A stretch of DNA of 64,000 bases from Cyanobacteriota bacterium (GTDB taxonomy: Bacteria; Cyanobacteriota; Cyanobacteriia; Cyanobacteriales; Nostocaceae): NCBI GenBank assembly GCA_046045965.1, contig JBJOKS010000021.1:1-64000 (forward strand), given 5' to 3'. The stretch's first letter is position 1, and each line of letters begins with the position of its first letter. The notes under the pieces were generated by a model, which saw nothing but the letters and a program-made list of their open reading frames with translations, did not search any database and was not told the origin of the DNA. Shown here one piece after another: positions 51,127-62,475 of the stretch. Both the position numbers and the translations under genes were made by a program.

Positions 51127-51921
51127 ATGCCAGTCGTTTCTTTGGCTCAGATGATGGAGTCAGGTGTTCACTTTGGGCATCAAACCCGACGTTGGAACCC
51201 AAAGATGTCTCCTTACATCTACACTTCCCGCAATGGTGTACATATCATTGACTTGGTGCAAACAGCCCAGTTGATGGATAACGCCTACAACTATATGCGA
51301 TCGCAAGCAGAGCAAGGGAAGAAATTCTTGTTTGTTGGCACAAAACGGCAAGCAGCAGGGATTATTGCTCAAGAAGCTACCCGTTGTGGTTCTCACTACA
51401 TTAACCAGCGTTGGTTAGGTGGAATGCTCACTAACTGGGCTACCATTAAGACCAGAGCAGACCGTCTGAAAGATTTAGAACGTCGGGAAGAAAACGGCGC
51501 ACTGGATTTATTGCCTAAGAAAGAAGCGTCAATGCTGCGTCGGGAAATGACAAAGCTGCAAAAATACTTGGGTGGCATTAAAAATATGCGGAAAGTCCCC
51601 GATGTTGTGATCATTGTTGACCAACGACGGGAATATAACGCAGTTCAAGAATGCGAAAAATTGGGTATTCCTATTGTGTCCATGTTGGATACAAACTGTG
51701 ATCCAGATGTAGTAGACATTCCCATTCCAGCTAATGATGACGCAATCAGATCAATTAAACTGATTGTTGGCAAATTAGCAGATGCTATTTATGAAGGCCG
51801 TCATGGTCAGCTGGAAGCAGAAGGGGATTATGAAGATTATGAAGGCGCTGAGGAAGAGTACGACTACGACGAAAGTGAGTACGCTGATGCAGCGATTCCC
51901 GACGACGAAGATGAAGAATAA
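51127..51921 (+). CDS. rpsB: 30S ribosomal protein S2
   Basis: [49 protein letters not shown]. Confidence 0.98.
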   Translation: MPVVSLAQMMESGVHFGHQTRRWNPKMSPYIYTSRNGVHIIDLVQTAQLMDNAYNYMRSQAEQGKKFLFVGTKRQAAGIIAQEATRCGSHYINQRWLGGMLTNWATIKTRADRLKDLERREENGALDLLPKKEASMLRREMTKLQKYLGGIKNMRKVPDVVIIVDQRREYNAVQECEKLGIPIVSMLDTNCDPDVVDIPIPANDDAIRSIKLIVGKLADAIYEGRHGQLEAEGDYEDYEGAEEEYDYDESEYADAAIPDDEDEE

Positions 51922-52056
51922 TAAGAATTGAGGATTTACTAGGGGTTAAGCAATTGGCTTGATCCTTAGAATCATCATTTCTTTAACTGCTGTGGTGGCA
52001 ATTACTGATTTAAGGTAATTGAGTATTAAAACGAAACGAAACGGAATTGAGGCAAC

Positions 52057-52998
52057 ATGGCGGAAATATCTGCAAAACTCGTCCAAGAGCTACGCCAAAA
52101 AACTGGTGCCGGCATGATGGACTGCAAAAAGGCGCTGAAAGAAACTGAAGGCAATATAGAAGAAGCCATTGACTGGCTGAGAAAAAAAGGTATTGCTTCA
52201 GCAGGTAAAAAAAGCGATCGCATTGCGGCTGAAGGTCTAGTAGACACCTACATTCAGCCTGATGGTAAGGTGGGTGTACTCATAGAAGTTAACTGCCAAA
52301 CAGATTTTGTTGCCCGTAACGACGCTTTTAAATCCTTAGTTAAGAAACTGGCACAACAAGCGGTAACTGCTGAGAGCATTGAGTCTTTGCTGGCTCAACC
52401 TTATATTGAAAATACCAGCGTGACTGTAGATGAGTTCATCAAAGAAACTATTGCTACCCTGGGTGAAAATATTCAGGTGCGGCGCTTTGTCAACTTTTCT
52501 CTTGGTAACACACCAGGAGTAGTAGACAGCTACATTCATACTGGTGGTAGAGTTGGTGTTTTGGTTCAACTGAGCGCCCAAACTGACGCAGCTGCTGGTA
52601 ACGAAGAGTTCCAAAACTTGGCTAAAAACACAGCCATGCAAATTGCAGCTTGTCCCAATGTCGAGTATGTCAGTGTAGATCAAATTCCTGCCGAAGTTGT
52701 CAAAAAAGAAAAAGACATTGAAATGGGCAAGGATGACTTGGGGAATAAACCAGAGAACATTAAAGAAAAGATTGTTCAAGGACGAATTGATAAACGCCTT
52801 AAAGAAATGGCTTTGCTGGATCAACCTTACATCCGTGACCAAAGTATTTCTGTAGAAGACTTGGTGAAGCAAGTTAAATCTAAAGTAGGTGAAGAGATCC
52901 AAGTACATCGCTTTGTGCGCTATGTGCTAGGTGAAGGCATTGAAAAGCAAGAAATTAGCTTTGCTGAAGAAGTAGCTGCTCAAATGGGCGCTAAGTAG
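52057..52998 (+). CDS. tsf: Translation elongation factor Ts
   Basis: [33 protein letters not shown]; follows rpsB. Confidence 0.98.
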   Translation: MAEISAKLVQELRQKTGAGMMDCKKALKETEGNIEEAIDWLRKKGIASAGKKSDRIAAEGLVDTYIQPDGKVGVLIEVNCQTDFVARNDAFKSLVKKLAQQAVTAESIESLLAQPYIENTSVTVDEFIKETIATLGENIQVRRFVNFSLGNTPGVVDSYIHTGGRVGVLVQLSAQTDAAAGNEEFQNLAKNTAMQIAACPNVEYVSVDQIPAEVVKKEKDIEMGKDDLGNKPENIKEKIVQGRIDKRLKEMALLDQPYIRDQSISVEDLVKQVKSKVGEEIQVHRFVRYVLGEGIEKQEISFAEEVAAQMGAK

Positions 52999-53096
52999 TT
53001 TAGTTATTAGTCAATAGTCAGTAGTGAGTTGTTAATAGTATCTAATTAACTAAAACTTCTTGACTATGGACTTTTGACTAATTTCTACTTAAATAA

Positions 53097-53128
53097 CAGG
53101 TCTAGCAAACTTTGCTGGCCTGTATTTT
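53097..53128 (+). terminator. Probable intrinsic terminator of rpsB-tsf
   Basis: CAGGTCTAGCAAA-C-TTTGCTGGCCTG imperfect stem followed by TATTTT. Confidence 0.55.
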
Positions 53129-53160
53129 ATTAGCAGTTAGAATGGGATTAATACCAATTC

Positions 53161-53194
53161 ATAATTGATAATTGATAATTGATAATTGATAATT
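53161..53194. repeat. STRR (ATAATTG)x~5
   Basis: Directly visible. Confidence 0.85.
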
Positions 53195-53337
53195 AAAAAA
53201 TTCAGATTTTATAGCAAACGCCAAGGTGCTTAAAAAATCAACTATAATCCAAACTCCAGATGATCTGGATAATTATTTTCACGACAAATTTTCAATTTGT
53301 ATCAAAATAAAATTCAGATAGAGAAAAAGGGGAAGAT

Positions 53338-54186
53338 ATGGCCAGATCAATTGAGCGAATAGAACGGGATATTACAGCCATAAAACAGGCGATAAGAGCG
53401 ATCGCCATAGAACTAAACAGCAATTATGTCAATTATTTAAACATTCTGGGAGAAGCTTTACAAAAACAGTTAATTGTGGCAGTTTATCACCTTTGTACTC
53501 AAGGCTATCCTGAGAAGTTTCTCAACTTGTCACTTAATCAGCGCCAACAATTACAACAAGGCATTCGTAAATTAGGTCAAAAAGGCGCACAACAGTTGCT
53601 GGTTTATATTCAGGGTAGTGAAACTGAGGAAATTCAGGAAACTGAAGCAACTGAAGAAATTCAGGAAATTCAGGAAACAGACGAGAGTGAAAACAATGAA
53701 CCATCGAAAATTGAAAATCAAAAATATTTAGATCCTTCCAACCCGATAGAACTAGCAAAATGGCATCAGGATTTAGAGGAAGGGATTCAGGATACACTGA
53801 AGAAAGTTTCCCATGATGCTAATTCTTTAATCCAAAAAGCTGGTCTTTTACCCAAAAAATTACCAGAACCGATTTTAGCAGCAGCAGCGGCAGCTTCAGA
53901 AGCTTCAGCCGAGGTGATACCGGGTCCTCCTAATCTATTAAACTTAGTAATAGAAATCAGTAATGAGCCGGAATCAGAAGATTCTAGCTTGACACAGCTT
54001 ATGACCCTGAACTTGCGACTAGGAGACATTGAATTTGCTGATACCACACTTTTGTCAGGGCGCAAGCAAATTCGTAATATTTTATTGCAACTGAATAAGC
54101 TAGGAAGAGAGTATCAGAAAAAACAGCGAGAACTCAAAAGTGCGGAAGCTGAAGCTGCCTGGCGTGCCAGTTGGTTTGAGGACTAG
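53338..54186 (+). CDS. Hypothetical helical/coiled-coil protein
   Basis: 282-aa ORF with RBS; YHLCTQGYPEKFL and EAEAAWRASWFED look like conserved cyanobacterial motifs; function unknown. Confidence 0.8.
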   Translation: MARSIERIERDITAIKQAIRAIAIELNSNYVNYLNILGEALQKQLIVAVYHLCTQGYPEKFLNLSLNQRQQLQQGIRKLGQKGAQQLLVYIQGSETEEIQETEATEEIQEIQETDESENNEPSKIENQKYLDPSNPIELAKWHQDLEEGIQDTLKKVSHDANSLIQKAGLLPKKLPEPILAAAAAASEASAEVIPGPPNLLNLVIEISNEPESEDSSLTQLMTLNLRLGDIEFADTTLLSGRKQIRNILLQLNKLGREYQKKQRELKSAEAEAAWRASWFED

Positions 54187-54202
54187 CACCGCAAGGCGAA
54201 CA

Positions 54203-54280
54203 TCAAAAGTCAAAAGTCAAAAGTCAAAATTTACAATGAAAGAAATTCTGCCTATTCTCTATTCCCTATTCCCTATTCCC
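54203..54280. repeat. STRR (TCAAAAG)n and (CCTATTC)n
   Basis: Directly visible. Confidence 0.8.
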
Positions 54281-54287
54281 TTGACTA

Positions 54288-56753
54288 ATGATTAATGACA
54301 CTCCCGATTGGATAAGATTACATAAAGCCTTAGCCGTAGAGGCAGAATCTGGCTTTACAGATTTGGTGGGTAAGCAATACCGCTTCAGTGAATTTCTGAG
54401 TTTGACTTTTGGGAAGTTTCCCCAAGCGTTGCCTCCAAAAGAACGCTCGCGCTGGTACGAAATAGCAATGCAATTTGCTAACTATTCAAATCTGGAAGTG
54501 GAAGCAAGACAGCATTTAGTCGCCGAAGTTAGAAGATACCTCTACCAATTACAGCAAGAACTAGAGGAGGGGGAGCAGGGGAGAATATATCCAAGTAAAA
54601 CCATAAATCTCACAACCCCAATTGTTGCCGAAGTGAGTAAAAAACTAGCTCCAAAAATTGAGCAAAAACTTAGTGATTTGCCGGAAATTGGCATTAAAAA
54701 AGCTGAGAATTTAGCGCGGTTGGATTTACTGACTGTACGTGATTTGTTGTTCTACTATCCTCGTGATCATATTGATTATGCACGTCAGGTAAATATTCAA
54801 GAGTTACAGGGTGGTGAGACGGTAACGATCATAGCAACTGTAAAGCGGTTTAATTATTTTACTAGCCCGAAAAATAAGAAGTTATCAATTTTAGAATTGA
54901 TTCTGAAAGATAACACAGGTCAAATTAAAGTTAGTCGTTTTTTTGCTGGGGCGCGGTTTAGCAGTCGTGGGTGGCAGGAAAGTTTAAAACGCCGCTATGC
55001 TGTGGGTAGTGTTTTGGCAGCTTGTGGGTTAGTAAAAGGTGGTAAATATGGTTTAACTTTAGATAATCCAGAATTGGAAGTGTTAGCAAATCCAGGAGAT
55101 ACAATTGATTCTCTAACTATTGGCCGAGTTGTGCCGATTTATGCTTTAACTGAGGGAGTGGTGGCAAATACGGTGAGACAAGCTGTAATTGCGGCTTTAC
55201 CTGCGGCGGCTCATTTGAAAGATCCTTTACCCAGTGGTTTGCGGAAAAAATATGATTTAATGGAATTGAAGGATGCAATTCCTAATATTCATTTTCCTAA
55301 AGATAGTGATACTTTAAAATCTGCCCGTCGGCGTTTGGTATTTGATGAATTTTTCTATTTGCAAGTTGGTTTATTACAACGTCAGAAAAAAGCTAAGGAA
55401 ATTCAAACCAGCGCCGTTCTTGCACCGAAGGGCAAATTATTAGAACAATTTAACGAAATTCTTCCTTTTAAATTTACAGGCGCTCAACAAAGAGTTATTA
55501 ACGATATTCTTAATGATTTACAAAAACCTACACCGATGAATCGTTTAGTTCAAGGTGATGTAGGTTCAGGTAAAACAGTGGTAGCTGTAGTTGCTATTTT
55601 AGCTGCTATTCAATCTGGTTATCAAGCTGCTTTAATGGCTCCGACTGAAGTATTAGCAGAACAACATTATCGCAAATTAGTTAGTTGGTTTAACCTGCTA
55701 CATTTGCCTGTTGAGTTATTAACAGGTTCGACAAAAATAGCCAAAAGACGAGAAATTCATTCTCAGTTAGAAACAGGTGAATTACCTTTATTAGTAGGAA
55801 CTCACGCCTTAATTCAAGATAAAGTTAATTTTCAAAGTTTGGGTTTAGTTGTTATTGATGAACAGCACCGTTTTGGGGTAGAACAAAGAGCGAAGTTACA
55901 ACAAAAAGGTGAACAACCTCATGTTTTAACTATGACAGCAACTCCCATTCCTCGAACTTTGGCTTTAACAGTACATGGTGATTTAGATGTTAGTCAAATT
56001 GATGAATTACCACCAGGAAGACAACAAATTCAAACTACTTTATTAAGTGGTCAACAACGACCAAAAGCTTACGATTTAATCCGGCGAGAAGTTGCCCAAG
56101 GTAGACAAGTTTATGTAGTTTTACCTTTGGTGGAAGAGTCAGAAAAATTAGATTTGCGTTCGGCTGTTGATGAACATCAAAAATTACAAGAAAGCGTTTT
56201 TCCTGATTTTCAAGTTGGGTTATTGCATGGACGTATGACTTCAGCAGAGAAGGATGAAGCAATTACCAAATTTAGGGATAATGAAACGCAGATATTAGTT
56301 TCTACTACTGTAGTTGAAGTAGGTGTAGATGTACCAAATGCCACGGTGATGCTAATTGAACACGCGGAAAGATTTGGGTTATCACAGTTACATCAATTAC
56401 GGGGGCGTGTGGGACGGGGTGCAGCGCAGTCTTATTGTTTATTGATGAGTAGTTCGAGAAGTGCGGATGCTCAACAACGGTTGAAGGTGTTGGAACAGTC
56501 TCAGGATGGGTTTTTTATCTCGGAAATGGATATGCGTTTTCGTGGTCCTGGGGAAGTGATGGGGACTAGGCAATCTGGGGTAGCGGATTTTACTTTGGCT
56601 AGTTTGGTGGAAGATGAGGATGTGTTGCTGTTAGCGCGACAAGCAGCAGAGAAAGTGATTGATATGGATGCAAGTTTAGCGCGTTGGCCGTTGATGAAGG
56701 ATGAGTTGCAGTATAGGTATGCGCGGTTAATGGGTGGAGCGATTTTGACGTAA
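54288..56753 (+). CDS. recG: ATP-dependent DNA helicase RecG
   Basis: QGDVGSGKT, APTEVLAEQH, IDEQHRFGV, MTATPIPRTL, LHQLRGRVGRG. Confidence 0.98.
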   Translation: MINDTPDWIRLHKALAVEAESGFTDLVGKQYRFSEFLSLTFGKFPQALPPKERSRWYEIAMQFANYSNLEVEARQHLVAEVRRYLYQLQQELEEGEQGRIYPSKTINLTTPIVAEVSKKLAPKIEQKLSDLPEIGIKKAENLARLDLLTVRDLLFYYPRDHIDYARQVNIQELQGGETVTIIATVKRFNYFTSPKNKKLSILELILKDNTGQIKVSRFFAGARFSSRGWQESLKRRYAVGSVLAACGLVKGGKYGLTLDNPELEVLANPGDTIDSLTIGRVVPIYALTEGVVANTVRQAVIAALPAAAHLKDPLPSGLRKKYDLMELKDAIPNIHFPKDSDTLKSARRRLVFDEFFYLQVGLLQRQKKAKEIQTSAVLAPKGKLLEQFNEILPFKFTGAQQRVINDILNDLQKPTPMNRLVQGDVGSGKTVVAVVAILAAIQSGYQAALMAPTEVLAEQHYRKLVSWFNLLHLPVELLTGSTKIAKRREIHSQLETGELPLLVGTHALIQDKVNFQSLGLVVIDEQHRFGVEQRAKLQQKGEQPHVLTMTATPIPRTLALTVHGDLDVSQIDELPPGRQQIQTTLLSGQQRPKAYDLIRREVAQGRQVYVVLPLVEESEKLDLRSAVDEHQKLQESVFPDFQVGLLHGRMTSAEKDEAITKFRDNETQILVSTTVVEVGVDVPNATVMLIEHAERFGLSQLHQLRGRVGRGAAQSYCLLMSSSRSADAQQRLKVLEQSQDGFFISEMDMRFRGPGEVMGTRQSGVADFTLASLVEDEDVLLLARQAAEKVIDMDASLARWPLMKDELQYRYARLMGGAILT

Positions 56754-56790
56754 TTAGGGGAAACGCAACTAAAGTATCTTGAGAAGATTT

Positions 56791-56959
56791 AGGGACTTCC
56801 AAGAAATAAATTATCTCGATTAAGGAACCGCAGAGACGCAGAGAAGCCAGTGCGTTGGGCGGGTTCCCCGACTTGTAGCAACTGGCGCGACACAGAGAAA
56901 TAAGGGTTTGAGAGATTTTTACGTTAGGTGGTTGAGTGTTTTTTTATTTGGAAGTCCCT
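56791..56959. mobile_element. MITE-like element with terminal inverted repeats, carrying an inserted 44-nt repeat
   Basis: AGGGACTTCCAA ... TTGGAAGTCCCT perfect 12-bp TIRs, non-coding interior; internal unit at 56845-56888. Confidence 0.78.
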
Positions 56960-57070
56960 TAATTCAAATACTTATAAAATCTTTGATTCATCCCTTATTA
57001 GTAGATTACTATAAGTAATACTAACTCTATTCTGATTCTTGAATTCCTACTATTTATTTTAGAAAAAGAA

Positions 57071-58528
57071 ATGTCACAACAGAACACAATTACAAATCCT
57101 CAAGAAATCTATGATGTAGTTATCGTTGGTGCTGGTCCTGTTGGTTTAGCAACTGCGATTGGTTTACGCCAGCGGGGTATAGAAAATATACTTGTTATTG
57201 ACCAAGCTCGCACTTTTCGTCAAGTTGGTCAAGTTTTAGACCTTTTACCTAATGGATTAAAAGCACTAAAAGAGTTAGATTTAAATGCCTATACAGCAGT
57301 CAAGGATAATGCTATTAAGTTATTTTCTCCTCAGCAATCTGATGATCAAAAAACCGCTAAAACTTCACCTCAATGGGTTTACAAAAATCTCCAAGGTCAG
57401 TTAATTAGATCAATTTCTTTGGGGTTTGATGATTGGTTTAAAGATTATGGTGAAGGGAGATTATCATTAGCTTGGTTTGAATTACAAACTACCCTGAGAA
57501 ACCTTATTCCTCCAGAAACAGTCAAAGCTAACCATCGTTGTATTAATTTAGTGGATGAACCAGAAAATGGTTGTGTGCGGGTAGAGTGTGTTTCTGATGG
57601 TAATGTTGAAGATAACCCCTATGCCTATTGGGAAGAAAATTCAACACTAGCGAATAATTCAACTCAAAACTTAGATAACTTACCTCCGAAATTAATATCT
57701 AAAACGTTTCGGGGAAAACTAATTATTGGTGCAGATGGAATTAACTCTAATGTCCGTCAGGTAATCTATAAAGATAGCCCCTACTCTGCGTTTGCTAAAC
57801 CTCAATACTCTGGCTTTGCGGCTATAATGTGCAGAGAGATAAAGGGTATTCCTGAACAACTCCAAACTGAAATAGTAAATACATTTTTGCCAGGTACTTT
57901 TCTTGCTACCATTAGTAATGATTGCATATCGGAAAATTCTCCAGATGTAATCGAGCCCAGGATGATGTTATTTTCCAGAATACCAGGTCAATTTGGATAT
58001 ATAATCCATCTACCCGTAACTTTAGAAGCTTTGCAAAATAAATCTGGACAGGATTTAATTGATTTAGCTTTACAAGAATTAGAAAAAGCCGATTTTCCTG
58101 ACAGCTTAAAAGAATTAGTGGCAATTTCTCCATCGGCAAATATGCAGCAACGTCCTTACTATATTCACCATACTAGCAATGAAACTGATGCTGGCAAAAT
58201 TACACCTGCATGGAGTCAAGGAAGAGTTATATTAGTTGGGGATGCAGCACATGGAATGCCACCATTTATGGCGCAAGGTGGAAATCAAGGCTTAGAAGAT
58301 GCACTAGTAGTAGTGAAAATTATTGCTAATATTACCAAGCAGAATTATTGGCATGATATAGAAGCAATCAGTCAACAATTTGCCCAATATGAACATTTAC
58401 GCCGTCCATTTGTTGCATATATCCAAGCTGCAACATTGACAAGATTACCCCAAACTTCCAATCAACAATGGCATGAATATAGCCAAAAAGTTTATACTCG
58501 TGATGTCAAAAAAATTATGGCTTTTTGA
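57071..58528 (+). CDS. FAD-dependent monooxygenase
   Basis: IVGAGPVGL, IIGADGINSNVR, LVGDAAHGMPPFMAQGGNQGLEDA. Confidence 0.92.
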   Translation: MSQQNTITNPQEIYDVVIVGAGPVGLATAIGLRQRGIENILVIDQARTFRQVGQVLDLLPNGLKALKELDLNAYTAVKDNAIKLFSPQQSDDQKTAKTSPQWVYKNLQGQLIRSISLGFDDWFKDYGEGRLSLAWFELQTTLRNLIPPETVKANHRCINLVDEPENGCVRVECVSDGNVEDNPYAYWEENSTLANNSTQNLDNLPPKLISKTFRGKLIIGADGINSNVRQVIYKDSPYSAFAKPQYSGFAAIMCREIKGIPEQLQTEIVNTFLPGTFLATISNDCISENSPDVIEPRMMLFSRIPGQFGYIIHLPVTLEALQNKSGQDLIDLALQELEKADFPDSLKELVAISPSANMQQRPYYIHHTSNETDAGKITPAWSQGRVILVGDAAHGMPPFMAQGGNQGLEDALVVVKIIANITKQNYWHDIEAISQQFAQYEHLRRPFVAYIQAATLTRLPQTSNQQWHEYSQKVYTRDVKKIMAF

Positions 58529-58699
58529 TTGTAAGTGTAAACTTACGTTTGCCCTACCAACCGTAGCTATTGCAAGCACTTCAATTTGGCGAGTATGTTG
58601 TCTTTACCTTTAACAGAATATTCCGTGAAGGTTATGGAATATTAAACCGGGGCTTTGTTTCTCAAACATCACCCCTTTATTACCACAACAAAAACCAAA

Positions 58700-59755
58700 T
58701 CAACTAAACTCCATCGTCTCCACAAACTCCAGAATATTTTGCTTAATGTCCTCAGCTTCATCTAAAATAGAACCGGGAATATCACCGTTAAAAAATGTCC
58801 GCTGACTGCTCACTATATACAAAAAGTCTCCATTGATAAAGGCTAATAACCCCCGATAGGCATCTAATCTGATGGCATGACCGTTATTTTCTTGCTTGGA
58901 AATTGTTGAGCCTTTAGGCATATCAATTAATACATAATAATAGCCTTTTAAAGTATCTTGTAGATATTCTGTATACTTGATTTCTGCACCTTGGACATTG
59001 GCAAAAATGGCTTGTGGTAGATATTTATCGATGAGAATTGAGTGGAGATATGTTTCTTGTCCTTGAGATTTTATTGTTTCTAAATATTCATTCGGGAGCG
59101 GATAATAATCAATTCTCAGCAAAGTACCAACATCATCAGAAAAGCCGACTATTCCTTCTTGACTTTGAATTTTTCCCCCTTCTTCTGGGATAACTGGGAT
59201 GGGAACAATAAAATTACCCAAGGGAGATTGATATATTTGTTGACCAAATTCATCTAATATTATTGTTTCGTATTCTGTTTCTGTATATTCTTCTTGTTCT
59301 TCTGCTTCTTCAATTGCAGCTATTACTTCTTTGATAATTTCTTCTGCTTCTATATCTTCTAATTCTAAGGCTTGCTGTAGTTGTTTGATGTAAGGCTGTT
59401 TTTGTGTGGGGATAGCGAGAGTTTTGTCGTCTAAAAGCATGATGACACCAGCTGCAAAGCCATCTAATACTATCTCATCAGCAAGGCTGGCATTGGCGGT
59501 ATTAAATAATGCTCCTAGTCCTTCATCTTCGGCGATCGCTGCTAGTCTGTCAACTATTTCCAGCATTTCTTCTTGTGAGTATTCATCAAAAACCTCGAAT
59601 TCCCAGAGAATATCCGCTAAACTTTCTGCATCTAAGTCTTCAATGGAAGCATCCACTATTGCGGTAATTACGGCTATGGCAGCTACTGCTTCTTCTGGAC
59701 TTAGTGATTCTTCTGATATTTCTTTTGACTTGAAAATTTGATCATACTTTGTCAT
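58700..59755 (-). CDS. Acidic protein with TerB-like N-terminal domain and uncharacterised C-terminal domain
   Basis: LSPEEAVAAIAVITAIVD...GLGALFNTANASL...YIKQLQQALEL resembles cyanobacterial TerB-family proteins. Confidence 0.6.
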   Translation of the reverse strand: MTKYDQIFKSKEISEESLSPEEAVAAIAVITAIVDASIEDLDAESLADILWEFEVFDEYSQEEMLEIVDRLAAIAEDEGLGALFNTANASLADEIVLDGFAAGVIMLLDDKTLAIPTQKQPYIKQLQQALELEDIEAEEIIKEVIAAIEEAEEQEEYTETEYETIILDEFGQQIYQSPLGNFIVPIPVIPEEGGKIQSQEGIVGFSDDVGTLLRIDYYPLPNEYLETIKSQGQETYLHSILIDKYLPQAIFANVQGAEIKYTEYLQDTLKGYYYVLIDMPKGSTISKQENNGHAIRLDAYRGLLAFINGDFLYIVSSQRTFFNGDIPGSILDEAEDIKQNILEFVETMEFS

Positions 59756-60007
59756 AATATTTATCTCCCTCAGTAACTTGTTAGTATTTACCGATGTCTC
59801 ACGGTAATAATTGTTAGTTTAGCAAGGTTAGAAACCTTATCTAGATGATATTTAGTATTTTTAGTAAACTATGTTACTAGGACACGGGACAAGTTGAAGT
59901 GGTGTGATAGCGGGGAGCGCCCGCTTGATAGTCATCACCCAAGGTAACGAGGAAAAACCATTGATGAGTCAAGAAACGCTCTACTTCCTAAAAAAGCATG
60001 TATAAAA

Positions 60008-60412
60008 TCACTTGTTCGGTTGAGCAATACGCACTTCAATATCTTCTAATGTGCGTAACAAAAGACGATTGGCTTGTAATTGCCAACCCCATTTCTGAAT
60101 TCTAAAAGCTGCAACTGTGCCAATTATAGCTGCTAACAAACCTATCGGTTGATTGAGAGAAATTCCAAATAACAAACCTAAACCAGCAATACCCCAAAAT
60201 GGTAAGGCTGCTGCCTGTCTTTGCTCCTCAACTATTTCTGCAATTTTACTGTTTTGCATTGTAGCTAATAATTCTGCTTTAATTTGCCTCTGTTCTGCTA
60301 AGGATAGGGATAAACTGATCTTCCTGCGTAGTTTTTCCATCTTACGAGCATCAGTGCTGTATTCTGTGAGCTCATCTTCTGCCATTTTCAACAGATGTTC
60401 TAATTTTGACAT
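60008..60412 (-). CDS. Hypothetical membrane protein
   Basis: Helical N-terminus, two TM segments (PFWGIAGLGLLFG...), C-terminal helix. Confidence 0.75.
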   Translation of the reverse strand: MSKLEHLLKMAEDELTEYSTDARKMEKLRRKISLSLSLAEQRQIKAELLATMQNSKIAEIVEEQRQAAALPFWGIAGLGLLFGISLNQPIGLLAAIIGTVAAFRIQKWGWQLQANRLLLRTLEDIEVRIAQPNK

Positions 60413-60585
60413 GGTGCATTGTCCACGTTATTTTTCTACAGTGATTATCGAGAATAATTGTTAATTTTTCTTGACCAGAGTATTATAATCAAATCTATAG
60501 CCTAAAATTACAACTCTACAATTAAATATAGGTAAAATAATAAGTAAAAATTGACAACTGATAACTGATAACTGATAAATAACCA

Positions 60586-62079
60586 ATGACTAAAAAATGG
60601 TTTCGGATAGGTATGACAGTGATATTCATCCTGTCATTTAGCTTACGCTTTTGGGGATTAGAACGATTTAATACCCTCGTATTTGATGAAATTTACTTTG
60701 CCCAATTTGGTAATAATTATCTTACCAAAACGCCCTTTTTTAATGCTCATCCACCACTTAGTCAATATATCATTGGTCTAGGAATTTGGATTGGTAATCA
60801 TATTCCCTTTTGGCAAAATACTATTAATGGTGCAACAGGTTCTTTATTATCTCCTTGGAGTTATCGTTGGGCAAATGCTTTTACAGGTTCATTAATTCCC
60901 TTAATAGTTATTTTACTGACTTATCAGTTAAGTTATCGTCGTGGTTTTGCTTTATTAGCAGGTTTATTTACAGCTTTGGATGGTTTATTTTTGGTTGAAT
61001 CTCGCTATGCTTTAAGTAATATCTATATAGTTATTTTTGGTTTGATTGGACAATGGTTTTTATTATTAGCATTAGAAAAACAAAATCAAAAACGTTGGTT
61101 TGCTTTAGTGATAGCAGGGATTAGTTTTGGGGCTTCAATTGGGACAAAATGGAATGGTTTATGGTTTCTTACAGGTGCTTATGGAATGTGGATAGCAGCT
61201 TGGATAATTCGTTGGTTGCAATCTTTTTCACCGTCACCAAGATTACCTTTATTTTCTTATTTGCGTCCTTATAAAGAACACATTGAAACCCAGGTAAATA
61301 CTGTGAAAATCCCACTGCAAAAAATTACGCAAATAAATATTTTGCAAATGGGATTTTTTCTAGGAATTGTCCCGATAATAATTTACAGTTTAATTTGGAT
61401 TCCTCACCTACAACTAGATACAAGGTATGGATTTATAGAAGTTCATAAACAAATTTTAGGATTTCATCTTCAATTGGGTGGTAATGATGCAAGCGTACAT
61501 CCTTACTGTGCTGCATGGTATAAATGGCCATTATTAACTCGGCCAATGGCTTATTATTATGAAACCACTCAAAGCTTTAAAGATCCCATTCCTGTATTTG
61601 GTCCTCCTTTACCTCCTAGTGCTGGAAAAGTGGTTTATGATGTTCATGCAATGGGTAATCCTTTCCTCTGGTGGTTTGGTATTGCAGCAATTATATTTTT
61701 AATAGGAATGTTATTGGTAAAAATAATTTTACCGGGAATACAGCAACAACGGTTATTTATTTCCAAAAATCTGAGTGTTGATACTTGGATTGCTTTATAT
61801 ATAGTTATTAATTATGCGGCTAACTTCTTACCTTGGATCAAGGTAAATCGCTGTGTGTTTATCTACCATTATATGTGTGCGGTGGTTTTCACATTTATTG
61901 CTCTTGCTTGGTTTGTTGATCAGTGTCTGCGTAGTTATTATAGAGGGATGCGTATATTTGGTTTGACAATCACTTTTACAATTATAGTTGCTTTCATTTT
62001 CTGGCTACCTATTTATTTAGGTTTACCTCTTTCTATGGAAGATTATCACCTACGGATGTGGTTTAGAAGTTGGATATAA
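60586..62079 (+). CDS. Lipid-carrier-dependent protein O-mannosyltransferase-like glycosyltransferase (PMT/GT39)
   Basis: VFDEIYF, FNAHPPL, VESRYAL, TKWNG, HPY..W..WP...RP, GNPFLWW, FIYHY. Confidence 0.9.
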   Translation: MTKKWFRIGMTVIFILSFSLRFWGLERFNTLVFDEIYFAQFGNNYLTKTPFFNAHPPLSQYIIGLGIWIGNHIPFWQNTINGATGSLLSPWSYRWANAFTGSLIPLIVILLTYQLSYRRGFALLAGLFTALDGLFLVESRYALSNIYIVIFGLIGQWFLLLALEKQNQKRWFALVIAGISFGASIGTKWNGLWFLTGAYGMWIAAWIIRWLQSFSPSPRLPLFSYLRPYKEHIETQVNTVKIPLQKITQINILQMGFFLGIVPIIIYSLIWIPHLQLDTRYGFIEVHKQILGFHLQLGGNDASVHPYCAAWYKWPLLTRPMAYYYETTQSFKDPIPVFGPPLPPSAGKVVYDVHAMGNPFLWWFGIAAIIFLIGMLLVKIILPGIQQQRLFISKNLSVDTWIALYIVINYAANFLPWIKVNRCVFIYHYMCAVVFTFIALAWFVDQCLRSYYRGMRIFGLTITFTIIVAFIFWLPIYLGLPLSMEDYHLRMWFRSWI

Positions 62080-62475
62080 ACCCAGAAAATTGTCCGCGTG
62101 ATTTTACTTAATATATCTACATAATCAAGCGTTTAGTTAATCATCCATATTTTACATTTCTTATCTGTAGTCAGAATAACCACCTGTTACACTGTAAGCA
62201 GTTGAGCAATTCGGGTAACTCTACCCAATTACAAAATAGCAAGGGAATGATATAGACCTGACCAGAAAATTAAACAAGCTTGGAAATAACAAATGAGAAG
62301 TTAGCTAAATATCTCATTCAGTTGATCAGCTACTTAATTAGCTGCCAGTTAATTTAATAGTAAATTTAAAAGTGCTAAGAGAGTTAAATCCGCGTAAGTT
62401 ACTAAACCTGATAGGTGAAAAAATCTATCGCTAACTCTACTCTTAATGCACCTAGATAATAGAGGGGAAATTGTG

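Noticed and set aside
50970..51251. 93-aa ORF directly after the PIN-like gene as a third cassette gene
   Set aside because: TTG start, spans the rpsB promoter/leader and overlaps rpsB out of frame; no recognisable motifs.
52336..52908. 190-aa antisense ORF
   Set aside because: Lies wholly opposite tsf; typical shadow ORF of a codon-biased gene.
3432..60580. Tandem repeats as a possible CRISPR array
   Set aside because: All are contiguous 7-8 nt STRR units without unique spacers; no cas genes are present.
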